Of a stretch of DNA of 64,000 nt, positions 9,578 through 20,441 are shown piece by piece; the stretch's first letter is position 1, and every line of letters starts with the position of its first letter. The position numbers and the translations under genes were made by a program. The notes beneath the pieces are model-generated. The model did not search any database. It saw nothing but the letters and a program-made list of their open reading frames with translations, and was not told the origin of the DNA. Origin of the DNA: Deltaproteobacteria bacterium (GTDB taxonomy: Bacteria > Myxococcota_A > Polyangia > JAAYKL01); contig JAFGQN010000073.1 of the NCBI GenBank assembly GCA_016935665.1, forward strand, positions 21,943 through 85,942, read 5' to 3'.

Positions 9578-10050
9578 AATTATCTTTGTTTCTCGGTGCA
9601 GCCATTGTGGGTGCATCGCTGGCAATGGGCTGTGCCCCTGTGACGTCCACCCGGATCGGTCCACCGGTTTCGCCCAAAAGCGAAGACTGCGATATGGAAA
9701 TTCTCGAAGCAGGCAAAACGCCCACTCGACCCTATCGGGATGTGGGAATGGTGTCTCTCAAAAATTGTCCTGAGTACGATACGGGCGCATGCAAAAAATG
9801 GTTGCGCCAGGAAGCGTGCCGTCTCGGTGGAGACGTGGTGTATCTGCCGCACAAGGGCAGTGTGGATGATCGCCCCGAGACGCTGGCCGGCGGGGTCACT
9901 TACACACTGACGGTGGCCGCCTATGTGGGACAAATGGCGCCGACAAAAGATGACGCCGTATTGAACAGTACCCCCGCAGAACCATGCGACGTGTCTGACG
10001 CATCAGATGAGGAAACAGACGCCCCCGAAGATCAGATGTGTACGGAGTAG
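9574..10050 (+). CDS. Hypothetical lipoprotein
   Basis: Lipobox LAMGC; start overlaps the glmU stop (ATGA). Confidence 0.6.
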   Translation: MKLSLFLGAAIVGASLAMGCAPVTSTRIGPPVSPKSEDCDMEILEAGKTPTRPYRDVGMVSLKNCPEYDTGACKKWLRQEACRLGGDVVYLPHKGSVDDRPETLAGGVTYTLTVAAYVGQMAPTKDDAVLNSTPAEPCDVSDASDEETDAPEDQMCTE

Positions 10051-10054
10051 GCCG

Positions 10055-10678
10055 GTGAAGCAGTTTTTAAAAGACCTTTTTAATGTTCCCAATTCGATTT
10101 CGCTGTTTCGTCTGGCGGCGACGCCCCTTTTGCCCTTTTGCTGGTTCGTCCTCGATAGTCCCGGACTATCATTGACAATTGGCGTCATCGTGGGCATCAC
10201 GGATCTGTTTGATGGCATTCTGGCGCGTAAACTTAATCAAATGACCGATCTGGGGGCGCTCATCGATCAGCTGGGGGATCTCATTTTTGAATCCACTTGC
10301 CTGCTGATTGCGGTGGTGGATGGACACTTGTGGATGGGGTGGTTGCTGGTATATCTGTTTCGCGAGTTTACTGTGACCGTGTTGCGCACCTATGTATACA
10401 GCAACGGCGGCACACTTCCGTCGTCATGGATTGGGAAAGCCAAGTCCAGTCTGCTGCAGTATGCCTTTTTCCTGCTGTTTCTGGGGGTTGTGCTTTCCAG
10501 ACCAGGGGTGCTTCCCGCCGAATGGATTCTGGCGGGCATTGTTCCAGGACAGCTGGTGAAGTTTGGTGGCGTTTTTTCCATATTGATAGGACTGGCGGTG
10601 GGACTCATTTCCGGATGGCAGTATCTGAAGGCCTTTGTGGCGTTTTACATCGAAAAAAACATCGCTGCCAACAAGTAA
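10055..10678 (+). CDS. pgsA: CDP-alcohol phosphatidyltransferase (PgsA-like)
   Basis: NVPNSISLFR and TDLFDGILARKLNQMTDLGALIDQLGD signature; GTG start at 10055. Confidence 0.85.
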   Translation: MKQFLKDLFNVPNSISLFRLAATPLLPFCWFVLDSPGLSLTIGVIVGITDLFDGILARKLNQMTDLGALIDQLGDLIFESTCLLIAVVDGHLWMGWLLVYLFREFTVTVLRTYVYSNGGTLPSSWIGKAKSSLLQYAFFLLFLGVVLSRPGVLPAEWILAGIVPGQLVKFGGVFSILIGLAVGLISGWQYLKAFVAFYIEKNIAANK

Positions 10679-10690
10679 GGTTGAGCTGTC

Positions 10691-11272
10691 GTGATTACGT
10701 TGAAAACGCCATTCACCTCGCAGACTGAAATCAAAAAAAGCCGTTTTATCGCCCACGCGGCGCCGGTGCAGTCCAAAGAGGCGGCCATGGCGTTTTTAGC
10801 AGCAGTGCGGGACGACACAGCCACGCATAATTGCTGGGCATATAAAATTGGCAATGAGTATCGGTTCAGTGATGACGGGGAGCCCGGGGGAACGGCGGGA
10901 AAACCGATTCTGGCGGCGATTGACGGCAGCGGTGTGGATGGCGTCATGGTGGTTGTGGTGCGTTTTTTTGGTGGAATCAAACTGGGCGCCGGTGGGCTGG
11001 TACGCGCCTATGGCAATGCGGCCGCCACGTGCATAGGGCATGCCGAAAAAGAAGAAGTGATCCCGATGGTGGCCCTGGCGTTTCAGATTCCGTTCGATTG
11101 TCTGGGATGCATCTACCCGCTGCTCAATCGATTTGACGCGCAGAAGCTGGACGAGGAGTATACCGCTACCCAGGTTGTATTTGATGTGTCCATTCCTCAA
11201 AAGAATCTGGAGTTGTTTGCCAAATCATTGAGCGACGCCACCTGTGGCCAGGCTATTTTTTCAGAAGACTGA
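10691..11272 (+). CDS. yigZ: YigZ/IMPACT family protein
   Basis: IKKSRFIA, ATHNCWAY, SDDGEPGGTAGKPIL, RFFGGIKLGAGGLVRAY. Confidence 0.95.
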   Translation: MITLKTPFTSQTEIKKSRFIAHAAPVQSKEAAMAFLAAVRDDTATHNCWAYKIGNEYRFSDDGEPGGTAGKPILAAIDGSGVDGVMVVVVRFFGGIKLGAGGLVRAYGNAAATCIGHAEKEEVIPMVALAFQIPFDCLGCIYPLLNRFDAQKLDEEYTATQVVFDVSIPQKNLELFAKSLSDATCGQAIFSED

Positions 11273-11320
11273 AAAGGTCGATTTCTTGATTCTCGTCAAT
11301 GGTCGTGCTTTTAAAAAAGA

Positions 11321-12295
11321 ATGAAACAGCGTTTTCAGTTGGTCCGATTGGCATTGACCGTGGGCATCTGCGGATGTGCATTCGCGTGTAAATCTTCGCC
11401 GGCGTCTCCCCACGGCGGTTCCCGGAAATTGCCCAAAGCAGACCCCCTAACCTCGCCGGATGTCCCAGAGCCGATAAAGCATGAATCCCATGGTTTCAAG
11501 GAACTGATGTGGCATTTTCCAGAGACAGGGCTCGGGCCAACGGCGGTTCATATTACTATTCCAGATTCCGACGTGTCTTCGCGTCGCTATCCGGTGCTGA
11601 TTGCACTGCATGGTCGGGGGGAAGCTCTTAAAACACCGGAGCAGGGCGCTCGGGGGTGGCCTTCTGATTACGGCATGCTGCACGCGTTGAAGCGGTTGTC
11701 CTCCCCCCCTCTGACGGAAAATGATTTCGGACAGATGGTCACCCAGGAGCGGCTGAAAATCATCAATCGCACTCTATCAAACCGGCCCTATCGGGGATTG
11801 ATCATTGTATCGCCGTACATTCCCAACCAATTTGGTCGTCATTTACAAAGCGATGCCAACATATATGGCCGATTTTTGACCCAAACCCTTTTGCCCAAAA
11901 TCTATTTGGAGCTGCCAGCCACAGGGACGGTGGCCGATACGGCGATTGACGGGGTGAGTCTGGGAGGACGCGCTGCCATCGTTATCGGATTGACTCACCC
12001 GGCACAGTTTGGGGCGGTTGGTGGGATTCAGGCGGCACTGGGGGCGACACAGATTCAAATGGTCGTGCGGCTCCTTGAATCAGCGCGGCAACAAAATCCC
12101 CATTTGGCATTTCGACTGCTCAGCAGTACCGAAGATGTGTATCGCGACGTCACTGTGACACTGTCCCAAAAACTCCTTGACGCCGGGTTGCCCCATGAGA
12201 TGGCGATTGTGGAGGGCAATCATTCGTATGAGTTCAACCGTGGTCCCGGCGTATTTGAGATGTTGCTCTATTACAACCGGATTTTTTATCCATAA
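11321..12295 (+). CDS. Secreted alpha/beta-hydrolase (putative esterase), probable lipoprotein
   Basis: YPVLIALHGRGE, nucleophile elbow GVSLGG, C-terminal GNHSY. Confidence 0.7.
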   Translation: MKQRFQLVRLALTVGICGCAFACKSSPASPHGGSRKLPKADPLTSPDVPEPIKHESHGFKELMWHFPETGLGPTAVHITIPDSDVSSRRYPVLIALHGRGEALKTPEQGARGWPSDYGMLHALKRLSSPPLTENDFGQMVTQERLKIINRTLSNRPYRGLIIVSPYIPNQFGRHLQSDANIYGRFLTQTLLPKIYLELPATGTVADTAIDGVSLGGRAAIVIGLTHPAQFGAVGGIQAALGATQIQMVVRLLESARQQNPHLAFRLLSSTEDVYRDVTVTLSQKLLDAGLPHEMAIVEGNHSYEFNRGPGVFEMLLYYNRIFYP

Positions 12296-12364
12296 ACGCT
12301 GGCTTTGTGTTCAGTAACGGATATGCGGTCAAGCCGCAGAAGAGATAGTCTGTCGTCGCAGAGT

Positions 12365-12401
12365 AAAAAAAAAAACCCCACATTCCTGTGAGGTTTCTTT
12401 T
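12365..12401. terminator. Probable bidirectional intrinsic terminator between the esterase gene and tRNA-Gly
   Basis: A-run, then hairpin AAACC-CCACA-ttcc-TGTG-AGGTTT, then T-run, between convergent genes. Confidence 0.6.
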
Positions 12402-12402
12402 G

Positions 12403-12474
<72 letters not shown>

Positions 12475-12764
12475 GAAAGGTGGGCTCTATTTAACGGTCT
12501 TTTTTTGGCTTGTCAAGAAACTAAAAACATAAAGTTCATTTTTTTTGTTCAGCCTCAAGCGTGCGGATTCGTTCACTTTAATGGTCGGATAATTGTCGGA
12601 ATATGAAAAATACACAACCACCATCCAGATGTTCGCCGCGCCTGATTTCGCTTTGGGTTTCTGTGAATTCTGTTAGACTGTGACGTGATTCACTATTATT
12701 AATGTTAGATAAGTATACTAAAAAGTCATAAAAAAATTTACTGCATGTGGGGTGTGCGCACCAG

Positions 12765-13820
12765 ATGGATACTAACAGATTGGAAACATTGCCGGCAGAC
12801 ACAAGGCCGTTGGAACTGATAGAGGAATACACCTTTCCAACCCATGATTTAATGATGAAAGTGCTCGGACCAGGCAGCGACTTTATACAGCCCATTTCGA
12901 GGGAACTGGGCGTTAAAATTGGAATGCGGGGGGATACACTGCTGTTTCGCGGTGAACCCGAAGCGGTGGGAAGCGCCATTAAGCTGGTGGATCAGCTCAC
13001 GCGGGTTTGCCGTGGACATAAAACATTAAAGGAAGCGGATGTGGTTCGCGGGGCGCGCATTCTCGCAGAGAATCCGTCGGCGCAGCTGGGCAGCATTTTT
13101 AACGATGTGATTCACGTCACTTCGTCCAGGAGATTGATTACCCCCAGGGGGCTGGCGCAGAAGCAGTATGTGGATACCATCCGCAACAGGGACCTGACGT
13201 TTGGCATTGGACCGGCGGGGACAGGTAAAACCTATCTGGCAGTGGCCGTGGCGGTCAACGAGCTTTTGGCGGGACGGTTCAAGCGCATTATTTTAACACG
13301 TCCGGCGGTTGAAGCCGGAGAAAAGCTTGGTTTTCTCCCCGGAGACATGGTGGAGAAAATCAACCCTTATGTGAGACCGCTGCACGATGCATTGAACGAT
13401 ATGATGGACGGGGCCAAAACACAGGAGCTTATGGCAACCGGTCAAATCGAAATTGCCCCGCTGGCCTTTATGAGAGGGCGGACCCTGAACGATTCGTTCG
13501 TTATTCTGGACGAAGCACAGAATACCACACGAGCGCAGATGAAAATGTTTTTGACGCGCCTTGGATATTCTTCGAAAGCTGTCGTCACCGGCGATGTCAC
13601 TCAGGTGGATCTGCCCCACAGCACTGTTTCCGGGCTGGTGGATGCGCGCCGGGTGCTCGCCAATGTGGAAGGCATAGGGTTTTGTTACTTTTCGGATATG
13701 GATGTGGTCCGGCACGAGTTGGTGCAGCGGATCATTTTGGCATATGAAAAAACAGAAAGCACGACTGCGAATAAACAGTCGGACAGGGAAGCAAATCATG
13801 GCGAAAATCAATCTGAGTGA
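12765..13820 (+). CDS. phoH: PhoH-like ATPase (YbeZ type)
   Basis: GPAGTGKTYLA, RPAVEAGEKLGFLPGD, APLAFMRGRT, LDEAQN, GDVTQVDL. Confidence 0.93.
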   Translation: MDTNRLETLPADTRPLELIEEYTFPTHDLMMKVLGPGSDFIQPISRELGVKIGMRGDTLLFRGEPEAVGSAIKLVDQLTRVCRGHKTLKEADVVRGARILAENPSAQLGSIFNDVIHVTSSRRLITPRGLAQKQYVDTIRNRDLTFGIGPAGTGKTYLAVAVAVNELLAGRFKRIILTRPAVEAGEKLGFLPGDMVEKINPYVRPLHDALNDMMDGAKTQELMATGQIEIAPLAFMRGRTLNDSFVILDEAQNTTRAQMKMFLTRLGYSSKAVVTGDVTQVDLPHSTVSGLVDARRVLANVEGIGFCYFSDMDVVRHELVQRIILAYEKTESTTANKQSDREANHGENQSE

Positions 13821-15711
13821 ATGGCTGAACGCCTTTGAGGGGCTTCATTGGGGAGAACTCGGGTTTTCGGAACCTATGCGGGCCGAGGATACAATGCTGC
13901 TCACCCATAATAGCGGCGGGCAAATAATCCTGATGAATTCCGAGCAGACCGTGGCGGCGCCGGAGGATGTGTCGCGTATCCTTGTTGCGGACGATGCGAG
14001 CAATTTGAAATCAAATGGTTTTTTTGCAGTGTTGGCGCCTGGCGCATCGGTGCCGCAGTTGAGCAGCACCCTTAAAAGTGCGGCAGAGTTCAGTCGCCTC
14101 AAGCAGGGGGAAAGCCACAACCAGCAAACCATTCAGCGTCATGACTATGTGCTGCGCGAACTGCTGGAAATTGGCAAGAGTCTCAACTCATTTCAGAGTC
14201 TGGAGACACTTCTTTCCAATATTCTGCAGAAAAGTCGCCAGATGATCGGCGCGGACGCAGGCAGTATTTATGTGGTGGAGGGAAATGATAAGCCGATAGA
14301 GCAGCGGCGTCTGCATTTCAAGCTTGTGCAAAATGACAGCATTGCCTGTCATACCGAGGAGTTTTCCATGCCAGTATCCATGGCATCGATTGCCGGTGCG
14401 GCTACGGTGATGAAACGATCGGTGAACATTCCCAATGTGCGGGATTTCCCCAAAGACGTGCCGTATCAGTTTGATCACAGCTGGGATGAACGCACGGGGT
14501 ATCGGACCATTTCCGTATTGGCAGTGCCCATGACCAATCAGGAAGGCACCGTCATGGGCGTGATTCAGCTTATTAACAAGAAGAAAAATCCGTCAATGAA
14601 GCTGGTGACACCGGCAGATTTTGAAAAAGAAGTGATTCCCATGGACCCCGCCGGGTGTGATCTGATTGAAACTCTGGCGTCACAGGCGGGTATCGCCATG
14701 GAGAATGCTCGGCTGTACGCCGAAATAAAGCACATATTCAGCGGCTTTGTTAAAGCCTCCGTGCATGCCATCGAGCAACGGGATCCCACCACCTCCGGTC
14801 ACTCGTTCCGAGTGGCGGCATTGACCCGGGAGCTGGCGAGAGTGGTAACCGCGCAAAAAACAGGGCGTTTCAAGGACGTCCAGTTCACCGAAGATGAAAT
14901 CCACGAAATCGAAACCGCAGCGTTGCTGCACGATTTTGGAAAAGTGGGCGTCCGTGAGGAAGTGCTGGTAAAAGCCAAAAAACTGTACCCGCAAAATCGG
15001 GAAATCATTCGCGCACGCATTGATTTCATCCGAACATCCATCGAAAACGATCATCTTCAGCGACGGTTGGCCATGTTGGAAGAGGGCGCACCGTCTGAAG
15101 AATTGGCGATTCTTGACGATGCCCGACGCCGCGCGGTTTCTGACATCGACGAGTGCTGGCGGATTATCAACGCCGCCAACGAGCCAACGGTTTTAAATGA
15201 AGGCGATTTTGCCAAGGTGGAGGAAGTGGCGGGCCGAACATTTTTTGATTTAAATGGCAAGCGTCGTCACTATCTGGAGTCTGATGAAGTCAAGGCGCTG
15301 CTGGTGGCCAAAGGCAGCCTGACCGCGGAGGAGCTGGAAGAAATTCGTTCTCATGCGGCCCACACCATCTCTTTTCTGGAGCGGATTCCGTGGGGCGTCG
15401 CCATGAAAAACATTCCCAAATACGCAGGATGTCACCATGAAAAACTCGACGGTAGCGGATATCCCAACCGATTAACCGACAAGGACATTCCATTGCCTTC
15501 CAAAATCATGGCAGTGGCAGACATTTACGATGCGCTGACGGCGGCCGATCGTCCCTACAAAAAAGCGGTGCCTGTCGAAAAAGCATTTCAGATTTTGGAT
15601 TTTGAAGCGAAGGATAATCATATCGATGCCGATCTGGTGGCTCTTTTTAAACAATATGAAGTGTATAAAGTCATTGAAGGCAAGCAGCCATCCGAGCTGA
15701 TTGAACAATAA
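13798..15711 (+). CDS. GAF + HD-GYP cyclic-di-nucleotide phosphodiesterase
   Basis: GAF (ADAGSIY...GYRTISVLAVPM...QLINKK), TSGHSFRVA, LHDFGK, HHEKLDGSGYP, ADIYDALT..RPYK. Confidence 0.9.
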   Translation: MAKINLSEWLNAFEGLHWGELGFSEPMRAEDTMLLTHNSGGQIILMNSEQTVAAPEDVSRILVADDASNLKSNGFFAVLAPGASVPQLSSTLKSAAEFSRLKQGESHNQQTIQRHDYVLRELLEIGKSLNSFQSLETLLSNILQKSRQMIGADAGSIYVVEGNDKPIEQRRLHFKLVQNDSIACHTEEFSMPVSMASIAGAATVMKRSVNIPNVRDFPKDVPYQFDHSWDERTGYRTISVLAVPMTNQEGTVMGVIQLINKKKNPSMKLVTPADFEKEVIPMDPAGCDLIETLASQAGIAMENARLYAEIKHIFSGFVKASVHAIEQRDPTTSGHSFRVAALTRELARVVTAQKTGRFKDVQFTEDEIHEIETAALLHDFGKVGVREEVLVKAKKLYPQNREIIRARIDFIRTSIENDHLQRRLAMLEEGAPSEELAILDDARRRAVSDIDECWRIINAANEPTVLNEGDFAKVEEVAGRTFFDLNGKRRHYLESDEVKALLVAKGSLTAEELEEIRSHAAHTISFLERIPWGVAMKNIPKYAGCHHEKLDGSGYPNRLTDKDIPLPSKIMAVADIYDALTAADRPYKKAVPVEKAFQILDFEAKDNHIDADLVALFKQYEVYKVIEGKQPSELIEQ

Positions 15712-15717
15712 TTAGAA

Positions 15718-16698
15718 ATGTTTCGTGTTTATATCCCGTTGATTTCCATGGCGCTGATAACGGCCATATCAACTCAAAGTATGTCGCAGGAACAATTGGC
15801 GGCCGTTGACACATCGTCGGGGGTTCAAAAAGAGCCTGTCAACGACGCGGGCAATACGGTGGATGAGGGGCGTGCCATCACAGAACCACAAGCAGCGGGT
15901 GGCAATGGTTCGGGAGATGGTTTTTTGCCGAACACGTCCGTTGACGACCCCGGCGTTCCGGATGCGAATCCTGAAATGACGGGTTATGATGCAGCTGAAG
16001 CACCGCCGGATGCAGAAGTCCTCGATGAAGACCCGTTGGACGCTGAAGAGACCGCTGCCACCATGGCGGTTATTGGGGTGGATGATGCCAATGTTCCAGG
16101 GGAATCATCGACACGGACAGCGGAATTAATAGAATCGCTGAAACCGTACGGCAAGGGCGATATGGAGCTATCCGTTGGCATTGGCGGCCGGGGGGGAGAT
16201 GGGTTTACCCTTGCCGCATCGGCCGTGTTCGCTTACTACGTTATTGATCGATTGGCGCCGGGAATGGAAATGGACTATCAGGTGACCTTTGCCGATGTGA
16301 AGTACCCGCAAAGCCTGACGCTTTTTCCGTTCGTGAAATTTGTGTTGATTCGTGCGTTCAAAGTGGCGCCGTATTTATTGGTGGGCGGCGGACGCACTTT
16401 CGAGTGGGGGGGCGCCGATACGTCGTACGATTCGGTCACGGGTGAATTTAACGGATATAGTGCGGTCAGCTCGTGGGTTACCGGAGTTGGGGGTGGGGTG
16501 ATGATTGGTATGGGGAATAGGGTGCGCATTCAAATTCAATTGCTGGCCATGTATAGGGTACTTGATGAAAAAATATGGCGGGACGCCAGGGTGGTGCCTG
16601 TAACAGATAACTCGGGAACAACTTACATACTCAGTGGCGAACGGACCGATAGATATTGGTATCCCGCGCCCAGTTTCTGGTTGTCTTTCGTCCTTTAA
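15718..16698 (+). CDS. Secreted protein with an acidic linker and a C-terminal outer-membrane beta-barrel-like domain
   Basis: Signal peptide; D/E/A/P-rich linker; APYLLVGGG and GVGGGVM strands; ends FWLSFVL. Confidence 0.5.
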   Translation: MFRVYIPLISMALITAISTQSMSQEQLAAVDTSSGVQKEPVNDAGNTVDEGRAITEPQAAGGNGSGDGFLPNTSVDDPGVPDANPEMTGYDAAEAPPDAEVLDEDPLDAEETAATMAVIGVDDANVPGESSTRTAELIESLKPYGKGDMELSVGIGGRGGDGFTLAASAVFAYYVIDRLAPGMEMDYQVTFADVKYPQSLTLFPFVKFVLIRAFKVAPYLLVGGGRTFEWGGADTSYDSVTGEFNGYSAVSSWVTGVGGGVMIGMGNRVRIQIQLLAMYRVLDEKIWRDARVVPVTDNSGTTYILSGERTDRYWYPAPSFWLSFVL

Positions 16699-16726
16699 CT
16701 GAAACGGAATCAGGAGAAACGCAAAA

Positions 16727-17365
16727 GTGAAGTACGATATTGTAGTGACCAGTGGTTTTCAGGAAAACTGCTATATTCTTTGGGACGACGCAACGATGGC
16801 GGGTATTGTCATCGATCCGGGGGATGACGCCAATGAGATACTGGCTACGATTGAAAAACGCGGGGTGAAGGTGACAGCAATTTACAACACCCATGGTCAT
16901 TTTGACCACATTGGCGCCGTTCATCCTCTGCAAAACAGTCTGGATGTACCATTCGCGTTGCATCGGGGTGATGCGGAGCTGGCGGCATCGGCCAGTACAC
17001 AGGGACAGATGTTTGGATTGCATTTGCCCATGTCGCCGCCAAAAGTGGATGTCTGGCTGGAAGATGACATGGCGATAATTGTGGGTGAACAAAAGGGAAA
17101 AGTGTTGCATACCCCGGGACATACCCAGGGGGGAGTGTGCTTTCTTTTCTCAGATATGGTTTTCGTTGGGGATACGCTTTTTGCCGGGTCGGTGGGCCGA
17201 ACGGATTTGCCCGGTGGCAATAGTCGGCAGTTAATCGCATCGATTCAGCAAAAATTGATGTCCCTTGATGACACCGTCAAGGTATTCCCCGGTCATGGCC
17301 CCGTTACCAGTATTGGAAAGGAACGGAAGTTCAATCCATTTATCAACTATAACGGTACATTTTAG
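16727..17365 (+). CDS. MBL-fold metallo-hydrolase (glyoxalase II/YcbL-like)
   Basis: THGHFDHIGA, HTPGHT, GDTLF..SVGRTD, PGHG. Confidence 0.92.
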   Translation: MKYDIVVTSGFQENCYILWDDATMAGIVIDPGDDANEILATIEKRGVKVTAIYNTHGHFDHIGAVHPLQNSLDVPFALHRGDAELAASASTQGQMFGLHLPMSPPKVDVWLEDDMAIIVGEQKGKVLHTPGHTQGGVCFLFSDMVFVGDTLFAGSVGRTDLPGGNSRQLIASIQQKLMSLDDTVKVFPGHGPVTSIGKERKFNPFINYNGTF

Positions 17366-17581
17366 TATTCTATACTGCTTTATAATCTGCTGCCGAAGCA
17401 TTTTAAGTGTTGTCATTTTTGAGTGCCGTACGGTACATGTATGGTAAATCAGCACCAACAGATATTCTGCGCTTGAATCGACTCATAGGCTTTAGTAAAA
17501 GTTACGAAACCTTTGGTTGGGTGTGGTTCGAAAAAAAATTCGGGGTATGGTTAACGCTTGCGAAGAAGCGGTTGGCAAACG

Positions 17582-19465
17582 ATGAGATGCGAAATATGCG
17601 GCGCTCCTCTTGTGAGCGATAACAACAGTGGACAAACAGTGTGCAGGCGGTGCATGACCAAAACACCGGAGGCAAGTCGCTATTCCAACATGCCCAGGCC
17701 TCTGCCGTCCACGCAACCAGAGATTTCAAATCATTCAGGAAAACCAAGAAGTGCGGTGGGAACCATGGCCACCGGTTTTATGCGCCCGGGCGCGTCGCGT
17801 CCACCTCAAAACGACGATTCCGACACGCCGCTGGTATACCGCAGTACCGCGCCAGGACCCATTTTTGACGATATGGGGGAAGCATCGCCATCGCATGTGA
17901 CCGATGGGGGCGCGCGTCATACGCAACCAACAGCAGCGTCTGCTGTTTCAGCTTATCGGCGGGAAGAGCGGGAGACAAAGGATCCGGCTATTTTCAAAGA
18001 CAGTTTCGGCAGTGCAGCGGAGCGCGCAAATCTGCCCCTGCCCGAAGCGAGGAGAGACACGCCTGTGATTCAGCCCACCAGCGTGGTGCTGGACGGCAAA
18101 TACCGGCTGATTGATGAACTGGGGCGCGGTTCGATGGGAACGGTTTTTCTCGCTGAAGATATTTTGCTTCGACGCAAAGTTGCGGTGAAATTTTTGCTGC
18201 CGGAACTGGCGCATTCCACTGAATGTTGCATTCGGTTCAAGCGGGAAGCCATTGCCATGGCATCGATTCGAAATGAGAGTGTGGCACAGATTTTTTCCTA
18301 TGGTGAAGATATGGGGACACCTTATTTCGTGATGGAATATCTGGAAGGTCAGACGGTTGAAGAGTTGATTGATGCCTATAATCGTCGCGGTTTGTTCATT
18401 CCCCTAAAGAAAGCCGTTCTTATAATGAGCCAGGTTATTGGTGGCGTGGCCGCCATCCATAACGCCAATGCGGTTCACCGGGATATTAAGCCCGGCAACG
18501 TGATGATTACGTATGATCCCATGCGTGCGGTGATCATGGATTTTGGTTTGGTGCGGGACATTAAGGTGCAGGACGATATGCGCACACTGGCGGGGACCCC
18601 TGCGTACATTGCGCCGGAGCTGGTGGAAGGCAAAACGGAGGACGCCAAGAGCAAGTTGGCCGATATTTACTCCCTCGGCGCGACGTTCTATGAACTGGTT
18701 ACCGGAGCCATCCCTTTTATGGGCAATTCCTGGGTGGAGATTTTACAAAAGCATATCGCGGAGATTCCCAGATTTCCATCCAGTCTCAGGCCGGGATTGC
18801 CGGAGTCATTTGATGATCTGATTCTGCGCGCCATGTCAAAGGTGCCCGATGAGCGGTATCAGAGTGGCGAGGAGCTGCTGGACCATCTGTTGCAGATTTC
18901 CGAGGATGCGAACATCATGGATACACCGGGCTCATCCCGGGCCCCCAGATCCTCGCTGTTCAGTCATCCGCCCGCGAGCGCCAATAGTGCCGGCGCGCGC
19001 ACGTCCTCAAGTGGTGTTGTCCGCCGGTATTCCTCTTCAGCCCCTGGCATTTCACCAGTTGCGTCCAGCGCGTCGGGGACATTGCTGGTGGCGGATGCCG
19101 ATACCCGTTTTCGATCGAATGTGTACAGTAAAGTCAAAGCCAATGCTCCGGATATTCGCATCCACTCCGCCACAGACGGGTTGATGGCGATGGACCTTTT
19201 AAAAACCTATCATCCCGATGTCCTGCTTATAAATCTGGCATTGCCTGAAATGAACGGCTTTGAAATTGTGGCTTCTATTGTGGCCGAACGGGACGAATTC
19301 CAGACGAATGTCATCGTGGTCTCTGAAAACAGCGGCGCCACAGGGATGAAGGATGCGCAGTTGCTTCGCGCCATGGGGGTGGACCATTTTTATGCCAAGC
19401 CGGTGGATGAAGATGCGTTGCTGGAAGCGATGATGCCGCTGCTGGAGGGTTCCGGCAACGCATAG
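17582..19465 (+). CDS. Ser/Thr protein kinase with an N-terminal Zn ribbon and a C-terminal receiver-like domain
   Basis: CEIC...CRRC; LGRGSMGTV, VAVK, HRDIKPGN, DFGL, GTPAYIAPE; C-terminal LLVADAD...PDVLLINLALPEMNG...YAKP. Confidence 0.88.
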   Translation: MRCEICGAPLVSDNNSGQTVCRRCMTKTPEASRYSNMPRPLPSTQPEISNHSGKPRSAVGTMATGFMRPGASRPPQNDDSDTPLVYRSTAPGPIFDDMGEASPSHVTDGGARHTQPTAASAVSAYRREERETKDPAIFKDSFGSAAERANLPLPEARRDTPVIQPTSVVLDGKYRLIDELGRGSMGTVFLAEDILLRRKVAVKFLLPELAHSTECCIRFKREAIAMASIRNESVAQIFSYGEDMGTPYFVMEYLEGQTVEELIDAYNRRGLFIPLKKAVLIMSQVIGGVAAIHNANAVHRDIKPGNVMITYDPMRAVIMDFGLVRDIKVQDDMRTLAGTPAYIAPELVEGKTEDAKSKLADIYSLGATFYELVTGAIPFMGNSWVEILQKHIAEIPRFPSSLRPGLPESFDDLILRAMSKVPDERYQSGEELLDHLLQISEDANIMDTPGSSRAPRSSLFSHPPASANSAGARTSSSGVVRRYSSSAPGISPVASSASGTLLVADADTRFRSNVYSKVKANAPDIRIHSATDGLMAMDLLKTYHPDVLLINLALPEMNGFEIVASIVAERDEFQTNVIVVSENSGATGMKDAQLLRAMGVDHFYAKPVDEDALLEAMMPLLEGSGNA

Positions 19466-19485
19466 TTTAAAGTGCCGACATTAAA

Positions 19486-20337
19486 TCACCCGTAGTGTTT
19501 TTTGGCGGAATCCACAGTCTGAGCAATGAGGGTTGCGATGGTCATGGGGCCAACCCCGCCGGGTACAGGAGTGTAGGCGCTGCATTTGGCAATGGCGTTT
19601 TCCAAATCCACATCGCCGCAATTTTCCGCTGGGTGATACCCCGCGTCAATGATAACGGCGCCGTCTTTTATCCAATCGGCTTTGATAAATCTGGGAATGC
19701 CCACTGCGCCCACAACCACATCGGCGCGTTGTACTTTGTCGGCCAGGTTTTCGGTACGGGAGTGACAGATAGTAACCGTGGCGTGTTTATTGAGCATCAT
19801 CATGGCCAGTGGTTTTCCAAGGATGGGACTGCGACCCACTACCACCACGTCTTTTCCCTTTAAGTCTATTTTATAGTAATCAATAAGAGACATGATCCCC
19901 TGGGGGGTGGCACTGCCATAGACGGTTTCTCCCATGGCCATTTTTCCAAATCCCAGACAGGTGACCCCATCCACATCCTTTTCGAGTGCAATGGCGTCAA
20001 AACAGGCCCGTTCGTCTATCTGTTTGGGAACAGGGTGCTGAAGCAGAATGCCGCGGACAGCTTCATCGGCGTTCAGCTCGTTTATTTTGGCCAGCAATTG
20101 GGCTGTGGTGGTCTCTTTGGGCATTTCCACTTTTAATGATTCCATCCCCACTTTGTTGCAGGACGTCTGCTTCATTTTTACATATGTGGCGCTGGCGGGG
20201 TCGTCACCCACCAGAATGGTCGCCAGAATGGGTTTGGCGTTGGGATTGGATTCCTGCAACGCGGCGATTTCCTTTTTTAGCGTCTTACGCGTTTCTTTGG
20301 CCAGGGCTTTGCCATCCAGTACTATTGGTTCAGACAT
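19486..20337 (-). CDS. folD: Methylenetetrahydrofolate dehydrogenase/cyclohydrolase
   Basis: [37 protein letters not shown]. Confidence 0.96.
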   Translation of the reverse strand: MSEPIVLDGKALAKETRKTLKKEIAALQESNPNAKPILATILVGDDPASATYVKMKQTSCNKVGMESLKVEMPKETTTAQLLAKINELNADEAVRGILLQHPVPKQIDERACFDAIALEKDVDGVTCLGFGKMAMGETVYGSATPQGIMSLIDYYKIDLKGKDVVVVGRSPILGKPLAMMMLNKHATVTICHSRTENLADKVQRADVVVGAVGIPRFIKADWIKDGAVIIDAGYHPAENCGDVDLENAIAKCSAYTPVPGGVGPMTIATLIAQTVDSAKKHYG

Positions 20338-20441
20338 TGCTTTTTTTTCCTTCGTTTTGCAAAGTAATAAACGGCGAGCACACTATCATATTTTAAAAAA
20401 AGATGTGTCTCTTTTTTGGCCCAGTGGCTACCCGGAGATTG

